Source: Candidatus Cloacimonadales bacterium
GTDB lineage: Bacteria; Cloacimonadota; Cloacimonadia; Cloacimonadales; TCS61
Length of the DNA stretch: 64,000 nt
Assembly (NCBI GenBank): GCA_030656075.1
Contig: JAUSOT010000047.1
Coordinates: 10-64,009 of the forward strand
Reading direction: 5' to 3'
Of the stretch, positions 16,944 to 27,097 are shown one piece after another. Each line of letters begins with the position of its first letter. The stretch's first letter is position 1. Position numbers and translations under genes: made by a program. The notes beneath the pieces are model-generated. The model had not been told where the DNA came from. It was given only the letters and a program-made list of their open reading frames with translations, and ran no database searches.

Positions 16944-19880
16944 TCACTTCAACAATAAACACTTCTTACTTACCTTCGTTTTTCCATCCACTTCCAATTT
17001 ATAAAGATACACTCCGCTGGAAACAGGTTTTGAGTTTTGGTCGGTGCCGTCCCAAACGATTTGGTGATTTGGTGATTGAGTGATTTGAAGATTGGAAAAG
17101 CTTTTCACTTTCTGGCCTTTCAAATTATAAATTTCGATCTCAATTGATTCAACTTCACTGAAATCTGAAATTTGAAATCTGATTTCTGTGGTTGGATTGA
17201 AAGGATTGGGGTAGTTGGAAAGATTGCATTTGGTAGTTTTCACGATCTCATCTTCTATTATTGGTACATCACTGACATTTACCAGGTATGAAACTAATCC
17301 GCTGGAAAAGAAAGTAGTTTCGGAACCGACATCATAACCCCTGTGAAACATGATCGCAGCGTCGTTATCGGTCATGGAGGTGAGTTGATATTCACTTCTA
17401 TCAGAATAAATCTCGAAATCTTCACTTGTTATATTTGATGTTATAGGATTTCCTTCAGCATCTATCATATGCATCATGTATGAATTCGTATATTCATTAG
17501 AATTTACGTACCAGGTAACCAGAAAGTTCTCACCCAATTTAGTGGAATTCAAGCTGTGAATATAATCATTGTTTTGGATGGTAGTACCACTCCAAATTTC
17601 ATTTCCCTGCAAATCATAGCGTTCCATAATGATATCGAATCCTGTTTCTGCTTCATGAAAAAGATTTATGCAGCCGTCGAACAGGTAGTCGTGATCATTG
17701 AAAGTTACATTTTCAGCAATTACAAATCCGCTACCGGGAAACACATAATCTCCTGACATATTTAAGATCTGAAAACCGTAATTCCTATGTCCTTGAGGTG
17801 TTTCTTTCCACATAAAAACCAGATCACCGTTGAATTCAGTCATAGTATTTATGTGCCATCTTGAAGTAGAAACCTCTACTCCAGGAAAAGGCCATTCAGC
17901 ATCAAGATTTCCATTTTCATCGATGCAATTGAAATAAAATTCTTCTAAATATTCAAAACAGATGTAATTGCCTATCAATGTAGTATATACGGTATCGCAG
18001 TTTTCAATCAGAAGTGAACCGTTGTTCCCCCAGACAGGTGAATAATTGTTAAGTTTTTGCGTCACAATCTTATCTTCTTCCACCCAGAGAATGATTATAT
18101 TCCCATCCACAATATCTATCTGAGGATTAGTTTGATCAACCATGACATCAACCGTAATATCATTTCCGTTGGGAGAAAGCACAGTCCCCTCTGGATTCAA
18201 TATTTGCCAGCGCACTCTTTTCAATTCTTCGTTTTCTTTCACTTCGCACCAGGTAACCGCAACTCCACCATCCGGCAGAGTTTTAGCTACAAAATTAAAT
18301 TGGTTACTGAAGGCCGTATCTGTGATAGCAATTCCGAATTCCGGAAAATAATTTTCACCTTCGGGTGATATCCGTTGGGCAAAAATTCTTCCAAAACCGA
18401 ATCTAGCATCTCCCCATAAAGAGTAGCTGGAATCGTCATTTCCGATCAACTGGTAATCTCCGAAACCTGATTGCATCCCGCTTTGGATGTCTATACCGTC
18501 TCCTGGCAGCAGGATATTTCCGGTTGAATCTAAACATTGATAGCGAAGATGTGATTTGCCGCCCTTGATCAATTGCCAGGTGCAGAAAATCTGATCATTC
18601 AATTCATTGATCTGAACTCCACCCTGTGTCCATCCGGAATCATAATCCGTTCCCAGCAGAATTCCGTCATTTCCCCAAAATTTATTACCGTTGGCATCGA
18701 TCTGTTGAGCATACAACTCTGAACCAAAAAGCCAGTCAATACAGCAACCTTCATCTTCCCGAGGAAGCAAATCGAAGAAATAAGCTGAGCTATAGAGACA
18801 CTCATCAAGAATAGCAGCATCAGCCCAGAGAGCAGTTCCGTTCAAATCAAATTTCTGTAATTTAAAATTGTACTCGTTCGGTTGAGGAGTAGATATTGAG
18901 TAAGCCATGAAGAAACTGTTTTCAGCGCCGGCAATTTCCACCCTGCCAAATTCGGAAACCGCTTCATTGTTAATTTCCATCCCTTCATCTCCCCAATATT
19001 GGTTTCCATTCAGATCAAAGCGTTGACCAATAACATTTTCATCCCAACGCCACCAAATAATGAAATTACTTGATCCAACTGCTGTAATTTTAGGATAATA
19101 ATAGCTGGGCAGCAAAATCGCTACTATCCCATTCCAGAGAATCTCCCGATTAAAATTAATACGGGCCGCCATCAGAATTTCTTCATCGGAAAGCTCAGTA
19201 TAGATTATTATTACACCGCCGTTATTATCAGAGATAATCTCCCTTAAGCTGATATCCACAAAAAGCGGATCGGGAATTGCTGACCAGAGATTGTTGGCAT
19301 TTGCATCCAGATTTATTCCGATGATGCCATTGTTCTCTGCATCAAGATAAAATACGAATGCTCCGTCGACTTCATTGGCGATAAGATTAGGATGACAAAT
19401 AAAGGTATTATCGACCAGCAATTCGTTATTTTGCGACCAGAGAAATTCTCCGGCACTATTAATTTTCTGTGAATACATTCTGAAGTTATTTCCACTTATC
19501 CTGTCCATCCACAAAAATATCACACAATTGTCGCTTGAAACTGTAGCATACATTGGTCCTGCAGAGGTGTCTACATTCTCATCTAACAGAACCGGTTGTC
19601 CATTATTCCAGAGTTTGTTTCCTGCAGCATCTACCTTTTGCACGTAGATATTCCAGATGCTGGTTTTGGTATCTGCCCAGATACTGACAACTCCGTCATC
19701 TATTGAAACAGAATTGCTTGCCCAGGCGAAATTGGTGTTTTGCCGGACAACGAGCGCATCTTCGGCGGTTAAAGATAAACAGGTAAATAAAACGGTGACA
19801 ATCAGAATACCATACTTCAGATTTTTTAACTGGTTGCGTCCGATCGATTTTGTGAATAATGAAAAAAGACTAACTAACAT
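16944..19880 (-). CDS. large secreted protein with a T9SS-type C-terminal sorting domain
   Basis: 978 aa with an N-terminal signal/anchor. The C-terminus is NYPNPFNPTTEIRFQI...IEIYNLKGQKV...WDGTDQNSKPVSSGVYLYKL...KKCLLLK. Confidence 0.7.
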   Translation of the reverse strand: MLVSLFSLFTKSIGRNQLKNLKYGILIVTVLFTCLSLTAEDALVVRQNTNFAWASNSVSIDDGVVSIWADTKTSIWNIYVQKVDAAGNKLWNNGQPVLLDENVDTSAGPMYATVSSDNCVIFLWMDRISGNNFRMYSQKINSAGEFLWSQNNELLVDNTFICHPNLIANEVDGAFVFYLDAENNGIIGINLDANANNLWSAIPDPLFVDISLREIISDNNGGVIIIYTELSDEEILMAARINFNREILWNGIVAILLPSYYYPKITAVGSSNFIIWWRWDENVIGQRFDLNGNQYWGDEGMEINNEAVSEFGRVEIAGAENSFFMAYSISTPQPNEYNFKLQKFDLNGTALWADAAILDECLYSSAYFFDLLPREDEGCCIDWLFGSELYAQQIDANGNKFWGNDGILLGTDYDSGWTQGGVQINELNDQIFCTWQLIKGGKSHLRYQCLDSTGNILLPGDGIDIQSGMQSGFGDYQLIGNDDSSYSLWGDARFGFGRIFAQRISPEGENYFPEFGIAITDTAFSNQFNFVAKTLPDGGVAVTWCEVKENEELKRVRWQILNPEGTVLSPNGNDITVDVMVDQTNPQIDIVDGNIIILWVEEDKIVTQKLNNYSPVWGNNGSLLIENCDTVYTTLIGNYICFEYLEEFYFNCIDENGNLDAEWPFPGVEVSTSRWHINTMTEFNGDLVFMWKETPQGHRNYGFQILNMSGDYVFPGSGFVIAENVTFNDHDYLFDGCINLFHEAETGFDIIMERYDLQGNEIWSGTTIQNNDYIHSLNSTKLGENFLVTWYVNSNEYTNSYMMHMIDAEGNPITSNITSEDFEIYSDRSEYQLTSMTDNDAAIMFHRGYDVGSETTFFSSGLVSYLVNVSDVPIIEDEIVKTTKCNLSNYPNPFNPTTEIRFQISDFSEVESIEIEIYNLKGQKVKSFSNLQITQSPNHQIVWDGTDQNSKPVSSGVYLYKLEVDGKTKVSKKCLLLK

Positions 19881-20002
19881 GAGTTCCTCCTCAAAAATAT
19901 CATTTACGTCCGGTTCATATTCCGGAAATTCAAGCTGTTACAAAGAAGCAAAAATGTTTTTTTTGTGTCAAAGAAAAATTGTAATCGTTCTGAAGAATTC
20001 AG

Positions 20003-20258
20003 ACTCATTCCAAAGCTTCCGCTTGGGAATGCGATAATATGAGAAGTTTCAACTTCATTTTTTCTGCCGCATAAGCTGCCAATGTTACTACATTACGAAC
20101 TGGAAAGTTCGTAATGAGAAATTGATTTTGCTTAACAACTGTTACGAAGGTTTTCCCAACTTCCGAATGTGCAAAGCTCTTTGGAATGTTGGTTTTTAAG
20201 TTTGATTATGTCTGTAAACATTCTGATGATCCCGAAAGTTTTCGGGAACAATCAGAAG
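20003..20258. repeat. array of short hairpin 'words' upstream of the 978-aa gene
   Basis: CATTCCAAAGC-TTCC-GCTTGGGAATG, CATTACGAAC-TGGAAA-GTTCGTAATG (20091-20116), AACTGTTACGAAGGTT (20135-20151) and TCCCGAAA-GT-TTTCGGGA. The order parallels 16640-16942. Confidence 0.7.
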
Positions 20259-20262
20259 TTTG

Positions 20263-21498
20263 CTAAAACACTTTCCTGCCGGCTACCAGAGTTTCCACTA
20301 TCTCCACATCTTCATGAGTGTAGATCATCCTGGAGAGAATATTTTCAGCTTCATCACGGCGGGTGGGAGGAATTTTCAGAAAAACCAGATCGGCAGCTTT
20401 TCCTGCTTCGATGAAACCGACAATATTTTCTTTTCCCAGCACTTTTGCTCCGCCCAGAGTAGCATAATAAAAAGCTTCCTGCGGAGGAATCACATACTCA
20501 TTCTGGCGGAAAGCAGCCATCTTCATCACGTTCAGCATGGAAAGCGAAGTGCCGCCGGCCACATCGGAACCCAGCGCAATATCAAGTCCGGCTTCTTTCA
20601 GTTTTTGGAGGGGGAACATGCCGCTTTTCAGGAAGAAATTGGAATCGGGACAGTGTGCAATCTTGCTTTCGGTTTCTTTCAAAATGGAAATTTCTTCATC
20701 ATCTACATGGATCACATGACCCAAAATTGTTTTCGGTCCCAGCAGTCCCATCCGATCATAGATCTCGGTGTAGCTGCCGTATTGCGGAAAGAGCTCCAAA
20801 GCTCGTTTTATCTCAACTTTATTTTCGGAAAGATGGGTCTGAATATAGGCATTTTCATTCCTGGCAAAATCACCCGTGATCTTCATGAGCAAAGCAGAAC
20901 AGGTAAGTGCAAAACGCGGTGTGAAAACATATTCCAACAGACCGGTCTTTCGGTTCCATTTATCGAAAAGATTTGCGCTGTCTTCAAAAGCTCGGGTGGA
21001 ATCCTGCTGCAGATAATCGGGGGAATTGGCATCCATCATCGTCATGCCGATGATAGCGCGTACGCCAAGTTCTTGTGCAACTTCAAAGGCAATATCACAA
21101 GCCTGTTTGTATGGGGCAGTGTAAATCACGGAAGTCGTGGTTCCTCTGCTCACGCTGTCGGCAAAGAAATCACGCGCAACTTTTTCGGCATATATTACAT
21201 CTTTAGATTTAAGTTCTTCCTGAAAAGTATAAGTCTTGAGCCAGTGCAGCAAACTGGGGCTGTGAGAGCCGCGGATATAAAACTGGGAAAGATGAACATG
21301 AGTATCGATGAGACCGGGAATGCAGATCAGATCGGTTCTATCCTCATAATCACCGTGATGAAGATTTGAAATAGAGCTTATTTTCCCATCTTTCAATGTG
21401 ATGAAGACTTTTTTGAGAAGTTGAGTTTCTGTGGGTGAAATCGGATTGAGGAGATTGCTTTTGAAGGTTTGCACTTTCTGTCCTCTAATTCCTGGCAA
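20263..21498 (-). CDS. guaD: guanine deaminase-like amidohydrolase
   Basis: 411 aa. Has PGLIDTHVHLSQF (metal-binding HxH), LLHWLKTYTFQEE (guanine-deaminase-like), and HCPDSN and GSDVAGG motifs. Confidence 0.65.
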   Translation of the reverse strand: MPGIRGQKVQTFKSNLLNPISPTETQLLKKVFITLKDGKISSISNLHHGDYEDRTDLICIPGLIDTHVHLSQFYIRGSHSPSLLHWLKTYTFQEELKSKDVIYAEKVARDFFADSVSRGTTTSVIYTAPYKQACDIAFEVAQELGVRAIIGMTMMDANSPDYLQQDSTRAFEDSANLFDKWNRKTGLLEYVFTPRFALTCSALLMKITGDFARNENAYIQTHLSENKVEIKRALELFPQYGSYTEIYDRMGLLGPKTILGHVIHVDDEEISILKETESKIAHCPDSNFFLKSGMFPLQKLKEAGLDIALGSDVAGGTSLSMLNVMKMAAFRQNEYVIPPQEAFYYATLGGAKVLGKENIVGFIEAGKAADLVFLKIPPTRRDEAENILSRMIYTHEDVEIVETLVAGRKVF

Positions 21499-22741
21499 GT
21501 ACTGTCTTGTTGCAATGAATCTCTACCCGAACAATTTTTTTAGCGGTTACCTGTACAACCTTAATCGTCCATGATCCGACTTTGATCTGAGTTCCCTGCT
21601 CGGGAATTTTTTCCAGTTTATCAATGATCAATCCGGCAATAGTTTCGTAATCACCTTCCGGCAGATCGATCTCAAATTCATCGTTCAGGGCATCGATTTC
21701 CATGAAACCGGGCAGCAGAAAAGTGTTGTCGTCCAACTTTTCCACTTCTTCGGAAGCTGTATCATATTCGTCTTCGATTTCACCGACGATCTCTTCCAGA
21801 ATATCTTCGATGGTAACCAAGCCGGCCGTTCCACCGAACGAATCGACAATGATTGCCATGCTTTTTTTGTTCGCCTGCATCTCTGTGAGCAGATGATCAA
21901 CATCGGTAGTTTCCGGAGAAACGAAAGCTTCCCGCAGGAAATCTCCGGCTACAGCCTGGCTGTCAGCTTCAATCTTGATCAGGTCATAGATAATCAGTAT
22001 GCCGATGATATTATCCAGGTCACCTTCATAAACCGGGAAGCGTGTATAACCATTTTCTTTGGCAATTTCAATCACTTCATTAATGGGTGTATCTTTTTCA
22101 AATGCAATAATATCCGTACGGTGCACCATTATATTATTGGCATCGAGTTCCGTGAATTCCAGAGCTTCTTCCAGCATTTCACGCTGTTCTTCGTGCAGCA
22201 CGCCATCATCCTGCGTCTCTGCCAGCATCAAGGACAGGTCTTCCCTGGTCAGTAAATGATAACCGCTGTTTTCCGGAAGTTTGAACAGTTTAGCGAGAAA
22301 GTTATTCAAAAGTGAGACGAAACGAACAAACGGCTGCAGAATAAAACTGAATATCCGCAAAACAGGAAATCCCTGCGTTACCAGTTTATTGGGATGATCT
22401 CGATAAATTGCTTTAGGAATGATCTCGGCAAAGATCAGCAGAAACCCTGCGATAATCAACGTCGCTATATGTTCCGAGAGATGGAAAACATTATGTTTCC
22501 TCAACAAAAATATAGCTAATGACGTGACGATGACGATCGAGATATTCGTTCCAAAAAGTGTTGTACCAAAAAGGCGGTTCGGATTTTCCAGGAAATGCTG
22601 GATCTGTTTTTTCTTTTTATCGGTTTTAGTGTCCTGTTCCATTTTCATCCGGTCAAGTGAAATCAAACCGGTTTCAATACCTGAAAAAAAACCAGCTAAA
22701 ATAAAAAATACGATAATAATGATCAGTGATATTATCCACAT
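21485..22741 (-). CDS. CNNM/HlyC-CorC family protein (DUF21 membrane domain + CBS pair + CorC_HlyC)
   Basis: 418 aa. N-terminal TM domain with FFSGIETGLISL, a CBS region, and a C-terminus GFMEIDALNDEF...GDYETIAGLI. Confidence 0.8.
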   Translation of the reverse strand: MWIISLIIIIVFFILAGFFSGIETGLISLDRMKMEQDTKTDKKKKQIQHFLENPNRLFGTTLFGTNISIVIVTSLAIFLLRKHNVFHLSEHIATLIIAGFLLIFAEIIPKAIYRDHPNKLVTQGFPVLRIFSFILQPFVRFVSLLNNFLAKLFKLPENSGYHLLTREDLSLMLAETQDDGVLHEEQREMLEEALEFTELDANNIMVHRTDIIAFEKDTPINEVIEIAKENGYTRFPVYEGDLDNIIGILIIYDLIKIEADSQAVAGDFLREAFVSPETTDVDHLLTEMQANKKSMAIIVDSFGGTAGLVTIEDILEEIVGEIEDEYDTASEEVEKLDDNTFLLPGFMEIDALNDEFEIDLPEGDYETIAGLIIDKLEKIPEQGTQIKVGSWTIKVVQVTAKKIVRVEIHCNKTVLARN

Positions 22742-22845
22742 AATTTTAGATTATAAAAAAATTAATAGAGTATTTTTGTTTTTCAATGAACTTTCCAGAA
22801 CCAAAGGTTCCGGAGGTTCGGAATTTTTCATTTCATCCACTTTTA

Positions 22846-23913
22846 TCAGCCATTCATCATCTCATTTTTATACGCGACCCCTAAGGCATCGATAAACTCA
22901 TCTAATTCGCCGAGCAATATGTTATTCAGCTTGAATGATGTCAAATTTATTCTGTGATCGGTGACTCTGGATTGAGGAAAATTGTAGGTTCTGATCTTGG
23001 CGCTGCGGTCTCCGGTGCCCACTTGAGACTTCCTGGAAGCAGAAATTTCAGCTTCCTGTTTGGAGATTTCCAGATCCAGCAGGCGAGAACGCAACACTTT
23101 CATTGCTTTGGATTTATTTTTAAGTTGAGATTTCTCATCCTGACAGGTGACGACCAGTCCGGTGGGAATGTGTGTGATGCGAACGGCCGAATCGGTGGTA
23201 TTCACACTTTGTCCGCCATGGCCGCTGGAACGATAGACATCTATTTTCAAATCATTTGAATCGATATCGATTTCCACTTCATCTGCTTCCGGCAGCACAG
23301 CCACCGAAATCGCTGAAGTGTGAATCCGGCCTTGAGATTCAGTGACAGGAACACGCTGAACACGATGCACTCCACTTTCATAACGCATAGCCCCGAAAAC
23401 ATTTTCCCCGGATAAGGAAAAAATTATTTCCTTAAAGCCGCCAACACCGGTTTCATTGGCAGAAATATACGTCTTTTTCCAGCCTTTTCTCTCTGCCAGA
23501 TAAGAATACATCCGATAAAGATCAGCCACGAAAAGAGCTGCTTCGTCTCCGCCGGTTCCGGCACGAATTTCCACGATAGCATTTTTATCATCATTGGGAT
23601 CTTTGGGAGCCAGTAGTTGTTTCAGAACTTCCACTTTTTCACTTCTGGCGAGTTCAGCTTCTTCGTTCTCTTCCCTGGCCATTTCCCGCAGTTCCGCCTC
23701 GGTTTCATTTTCGATCATTTCAGAATTCTCGGAAATCATTTTTCCCAGATCCTGGATTTCCTGCCAGCAATTCAGAATTTCTTCCAATTCTTTGAAACGA
23801 CGTGAGATTTTGCTATAATATTTTCGATCAGACATCTTAGCCGGATCGTAAATATCTGTTTTGATCAGATCGTATTCTTTCTGTAATTTGTTGATTTTAG
23901 CGACAGGCAGCAT
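22846..23913 (-). CDS. prfA: peptide chain release factor 1
   Basis: 355 aa with [23 protein letters not shown] (GGQ) and [17 protein letters not shown] (PxT tripeptide of RF1). Confidence 0.9.
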   Translation of the reverse strand: MLPVAKINKLQKEYDLIKTDIYDPAKMSDRKYYSKISRRFKELEEILNCWQEIQDLGKMISENSEMIENETEAELREMAREENEEAELARSEKVEVLKQLLAPKDPNDDKNAIVEIRAGTGGDEAALFVADLYRMYSYLAERKGWKKTYISANETGVGGFKEIIFSLSGENVFGAMRYESGVHRVQRVPVTESQGRIHTSAISVAVLPEADEVEIDIDSNDLKIDVYRSSGHGGQSVNTTDSAVRITHIPTGLVVTCQDEKSQLKNKSKAMKVLRSRLLDLEISKQEAEISASRKSQVGTGDRSAKIRTYNFPQSRVTDHRINLTSFKLNNILLGELDEFIDALGVAYKNEMMNG

Positions 23914-24891
23914 CTATTCCTCGATATATTGAATATTTGTATAATCTGATATATCCATTTCCAAAGCGGATTTCATGGCAACAATTGCCACTTCCACTTG
24001 TTCATCATTCGGCGGCTGAGTGGTGATACGCTGCAAAGCCAGCCCGGGCGCAGTCATCAATTTAACCAGAGGATGCTTGATGTTCTTGCCGGAAAGCTTC
24101 AGAACTTCATAGGAAATTCCCGATATAAGCGGGATCATCAGTAAGTGATAAGACAGGCGAACGGGAACGGACGGCACACCGAGATAACGAGCCACGATCG
24201 TATCCACGATGGAAAAGATCAGGATGGAAATGAGCAGCACAAAAAACATGAAACTCGTTCCGCAGCGGGGATGCAGAGTTTTGAATTCCTGCACTTTTGC
24301 CCCAGACAGATCGCTATCGTTTTCATAGGCAAAAACAGCTTTATGCTCAGCTCCGTGGTATTCGAATATTCTGTGTACGTCTTTCATCCGGCTGATCGCC
24401 CAGACGTAGATCACAAAAAAAACAATGCGGATGCTGCCGGCAAAAAGATTGAAATAGATATTTTCTTTAGCCAGGTTCATCCATTCTGCTATCTGGTAGG
24501 GCAGGAAGGCAAAAAGCAGAAATGCCAATCCAAAAGCAAAGATATAACTGAAGACCTCTTCGGTTTTCTGCCTGGATTTCGATTTTTCTTTTTTCGGTTT
24601 TTTGTCGTCATTTTTCTCTTCTTCTTTCCAATCCAACTCAGCACGAGAAGCAGAAAAATTCAACGTTCCAATTCCGATTTTCATCATTTCTACCAGCGAC
24701 ACAAAGCCTCTTATGATCGGTAAAGCCAGATATTTATTGGATTTTGTGATGCTTTCAAACTTCTGTTTTTTGATTTCAATGGTTTTATCTTTGCGACGAA
24801 TTGCAGTTGCCAGGTATTCCGGGCCGCGCATCATCACACCTTCGATGACAGCCTGGCCGCCAACCTGAATCTGCTTTTTTTCTTTATTCAT
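23914..24891 (-). CDS. DUF1385 family membrane protein
   Basis: Has VGGQAVIEGVMMRGP and EYHGAEHK motifs. I set the start at MNKEKKQ (residue 15 of the track ORF) because the longer N-terminus is read out of a hairpin repeat at 24933-24952. Confidence 0.75.
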   Translation of the reverse strand: MNKEKKQIQVGGQAVIEGVMMRGPEYLATAIRRKDKTIEIKKQKFESITKSNKYLALPIIRGFVSLVEMMKIGIGTLNFSASRAELDWKEEEKNDDKKPKKEKSKSRQKTEEVFSYIFAFGLAFLLFAFLPYQIAEWMNLAKENIYFNLFAGSIRIVFFVIYVWAISRMKDVHRIFEYHGAEHKAVFAYENDSDLSGAKVQEFKTLHPRCGTSFMFFVLLISILIFSIVDTIVARYLGVPSVPVRLSYHLLMIPLISGISYEVLKLSGKNIKHPLVKLMTAPGLALQRITTQPPNDEQVEVAIVAMKSALEMDISDYTNIQYIEE

Positions 24892-25067
24892 ATAAATACA
24901 ATTTCCTTTTTTAACCCCTCTGCCTAACGGCATCTCCCCTTGACAGGGGAGAAATTTGGAATCTTAAATTTCCCCAAAATTGAGGGACACAGGGAGTTAA
25001 CTTTATTTAATTATGCTCCTGTGTGCGTACAATCAACCATGGCTGTTTCATGTGCCTGTTTCCTGAT

Positions 25068-25113
25068 AAAAAAACGCACCACAACGATCCGATTTGAATT
25101 CAGTTGTGGTGCG
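25068..25113 (-). terminator. rho-independent terminator after rpmE
   Basis: The minus strand reads CGCACCACAAC, a 17-nt loop, GTTGTGGTGCG, then TTTTTTTA. Confidence 0.6.
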
Positions 25114-25128
25114 AAAAATTCTTGATAG

Positions 25129-25344
25129 CTATTCTTCTGTGTTAATGTTATATTTCTGGTTGAATTTTTCGATTCGACCTTCTTTAGCTATTGTTCTTTG
25201 TTTTCCTGTATAAAAAGGATGGCAGTTTGAACAGATCTCGATCTTTTCGACATTCTTGCTGGTTGACTTTGTTTCAAAAGTATTGCCGCAAATACAGGTT
25301 ACTGTAACCTTTTCATATTTCGGATGAATTCCTGATTTCATCAT
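25129..25344 (-). CDS. rpmE: 50S ribosomal protein L31
   Basis: 71 aa. Has [12 protein letters not shown], the C..CGN...[12 protein letters not shown] zinc motif, and a terminator downstream. Confidence 0.9.
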   Translation of the reverse strand: MMKSGIHPKYEKVTVTCICGNTFETKSTSKNVEKIEICSNCHPFYTGKQRTIAKEGRIEKFNQKYNINTEE

Positions 25345-25428
25345 TTATCTCCTATAAAAATATCTTAACTCCATATTCAGATGTGCAATATTTTTTTGGC
25401 GGAATATGCTGTCAACAGTTTTGTGCTT

Positions 25429-25500
25429 AACCTTGTTAACCTTGTTAACCTTGTCAAAGTCTCTTTCATAAAACTCTTCATGCTTGACTTTGCCAAGGTT
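25429..25500. repeat. REP-like boxes: AACCTTGTT x3, then the inverted pair AACCTTGTCAAAGTC / GACTTTGCCAAGGTT
   Basis: Direct reading shows arms at 25447-25461 and 25486-25500 complementary at 14 of 15 positions. Confidence 0.65.
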
Positions 25501-25612
25501 TCTTTCACCTCTTTTCACATTTCAACCCTGACATTGCCAAATGAGAGATTTTGAGAAAGAGGCGATGGCAGGGTTTCAGCTTCTGGCTTATTCCTTCCAG
25601 GTTGAAATACAG

Positions 25613-26164
25613 TTATCTCAACAGCATTTCCTTGGCGAGCTGCTCAGCTTTTTCTCGATCAAACAATAATTCGATCAATTTAATGGAAAATTCCAACACG
25701 GTTCCGCGGGACTGGCTGGTAATGCAGTTTCCATCAACTACCACTCTTTCCTGCATTGATTCTTTGTTTTCCAGATGACTGGCAAAACCGGGATTGGCTG
25801 TGGCTTTCTTGCCTTTCAGCAGTCCATGATGCTGCAAAACCACTACCGGTGCAGCACAAATGGCAGCATAATATTTTCCTTCAGCAGCTTGATTTTTGAG
25901 AATTTTTGTAAGATCATTAGAATCACGCAGATGATTTGAACCCGGAATACCACCAGGTAAAACGATCATATCCCAATCTTCGTTCAAGCAATCAGCAATC
26001 AATTTATCGGCAATAATTCTGGTTTTACAGCTACCGATGATCATCAATTCCTGAACGGAAGCAACCGTGACTTCCGCCCCGCTGCGGCGCAAAGTATCGA
26101 TGATACCGACTGCTTCCAATTCTTCGGTACCGTTGGCAATTGGAACTAAAACTTTCTTACTCAT
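25613..26164 (-). CDS. DJ-1/PfpI (ThiJ) family protein
   Basis: MSKKVLVPIANGTEELE and the nucleophile elbow AAICAAP. The start is taken at residue 7 of the track ORF; the longer start is also possible. Confidence 0.8.
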   Translation of the reverse strand: MSKKVLVPIANGTEELEAVGIIDTLRRSGAEVTVASVQELMIIGSCKTRIIADKLIADCLNEDWDMIVLPGGIPGSNHLRDSNDLTKILKNQAAEGKYYAAICAAPVVVLQHHGLLKGKKATANPGFASHLENKESMQERVVVDGNCITSQSRGTVLEFSIKLIELLFDREKAEQLAKEMLLR

Positions 26165-26271
26165 GTTTATTTTCGACCTCATCCCAACCTTCTCCTATCG
26201 AGGAGAAGGAGCAAAATTGTTTTCTTACTGTAAATCCTGTAAAAAATTTAAAGATATATTAATATGAGATT

Positions 26272-26805
26272 TCAATCTTTATTCAAAGGTTTTTCAGAAT
26301 CTTTTTTATCTCTACCTTTGAAAATTCCAGTTGATTTTCCGATGATCCAGAGTCCAAGAATTATCAGGATTAACGGCCAGCCGATATGGAACAAATTTCT
26401 CATCCCGAAAGCTCCCTGCGAGAGAGCGGAAAGAACCATTATCCCGCCAGGAATAAGCGGCCACCAAGGCGATTTTCCTTTATGCAGAAGGTCTATTACA
26501 AAGACTGCTACGAAACCTAATCCAATTCCCAGTGTGCTGTTGTGAGGTGAATTCCAGAAATAATGACTGCCGAGCGAACTCAAGCCAAGCCCGGCTAAGA
26601 TGCAGCCGGGAATGAGCAGTCCGTAGGAATTGCTGTAAAAATACCAGGCGATAAATAATCCGCCCAGAAGCAGTAAAATTGTATTTTGTCCAAAACCCGC
26701 AAACAGATTTATACCGGATATAGAAAGTCCCAGCAAAATCAGCACAATTCCTGAAAAAATTTTACCTTTGTCTCTTTTCGTCATTTGTCCTCCTTTATAG
26801 TTCAC
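26272..26805 (-). CDS. hypothetical polytopic membrane protein
   Basis: 177 aa with about 5 hydrophobic segments. No family recognised with confidence. Confidence 0.5.
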   Translation of the reverse strand: MNYKGGQMTKRDKGKIFSGIVLILLGLSISGINLFAGFGQNTILLLLGGLFIAWYFYSNSYGLLIPGCILAGLGLSSLGSHYFWNSPHNSTLGIGLGFVAVFVIDLLHKGKSPWWPLIPGGIMVLSALSQGAFGMRNLFHIGWPLILIILGLWIIGKSTGIFKGRDKKDSEKPLNKD

Positions 26806-26844
26806 TGTTTTTCACAGTATTTTTGGGCGATTCATGAATCGCCC

Positions 26845-27087
26845 CTACAGTGACAAACTTCTGATCCCACGTTTTTTTAAATATTCGCCCACAACTTTTT
26901 CGCCTTCACCACCGTGATAAGGATAGGCTGTGTCGATGTAATTGACGCCGTGCTCGATGGCATAATCCAGCATCTCTTCTGTTTTTTCCACATCGATTTT
27001 CTTGGAATCTCCTTCCAGGATTGGCAGGCGCATGACGCCAAAACCCAGGATGGAAACCTCTTCTTCGCAAAATTTACGATATTGCAT
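26845..27087 (-). pseudogene. N-terminal fragment of an aldo/keto reductase (truncated after ~80 codons)
   Basis: MQYRKFCEEEVSILGFGVMRLP...AIEHGVNYIDTAYPYHGGEGEKVVGEYLKK is the typical first ~75 aa of an AKR, and the rest of the barrel is missing. The hairpin GGGCGATTCATGAATCGCCC follows. Confidence 0.6.
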
Positions 27088-27097
27088 TTTAACCTCA

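Noticed and set aside
13391-20258. Possibility that the regularly recurring hairpin repeats form a CRISPR array
   Set aside because: There is no constant repeat length or spacing, the repeats are heterogeneous words, no spacer-like unique segments of uniform size exist, and no cas genes are present.
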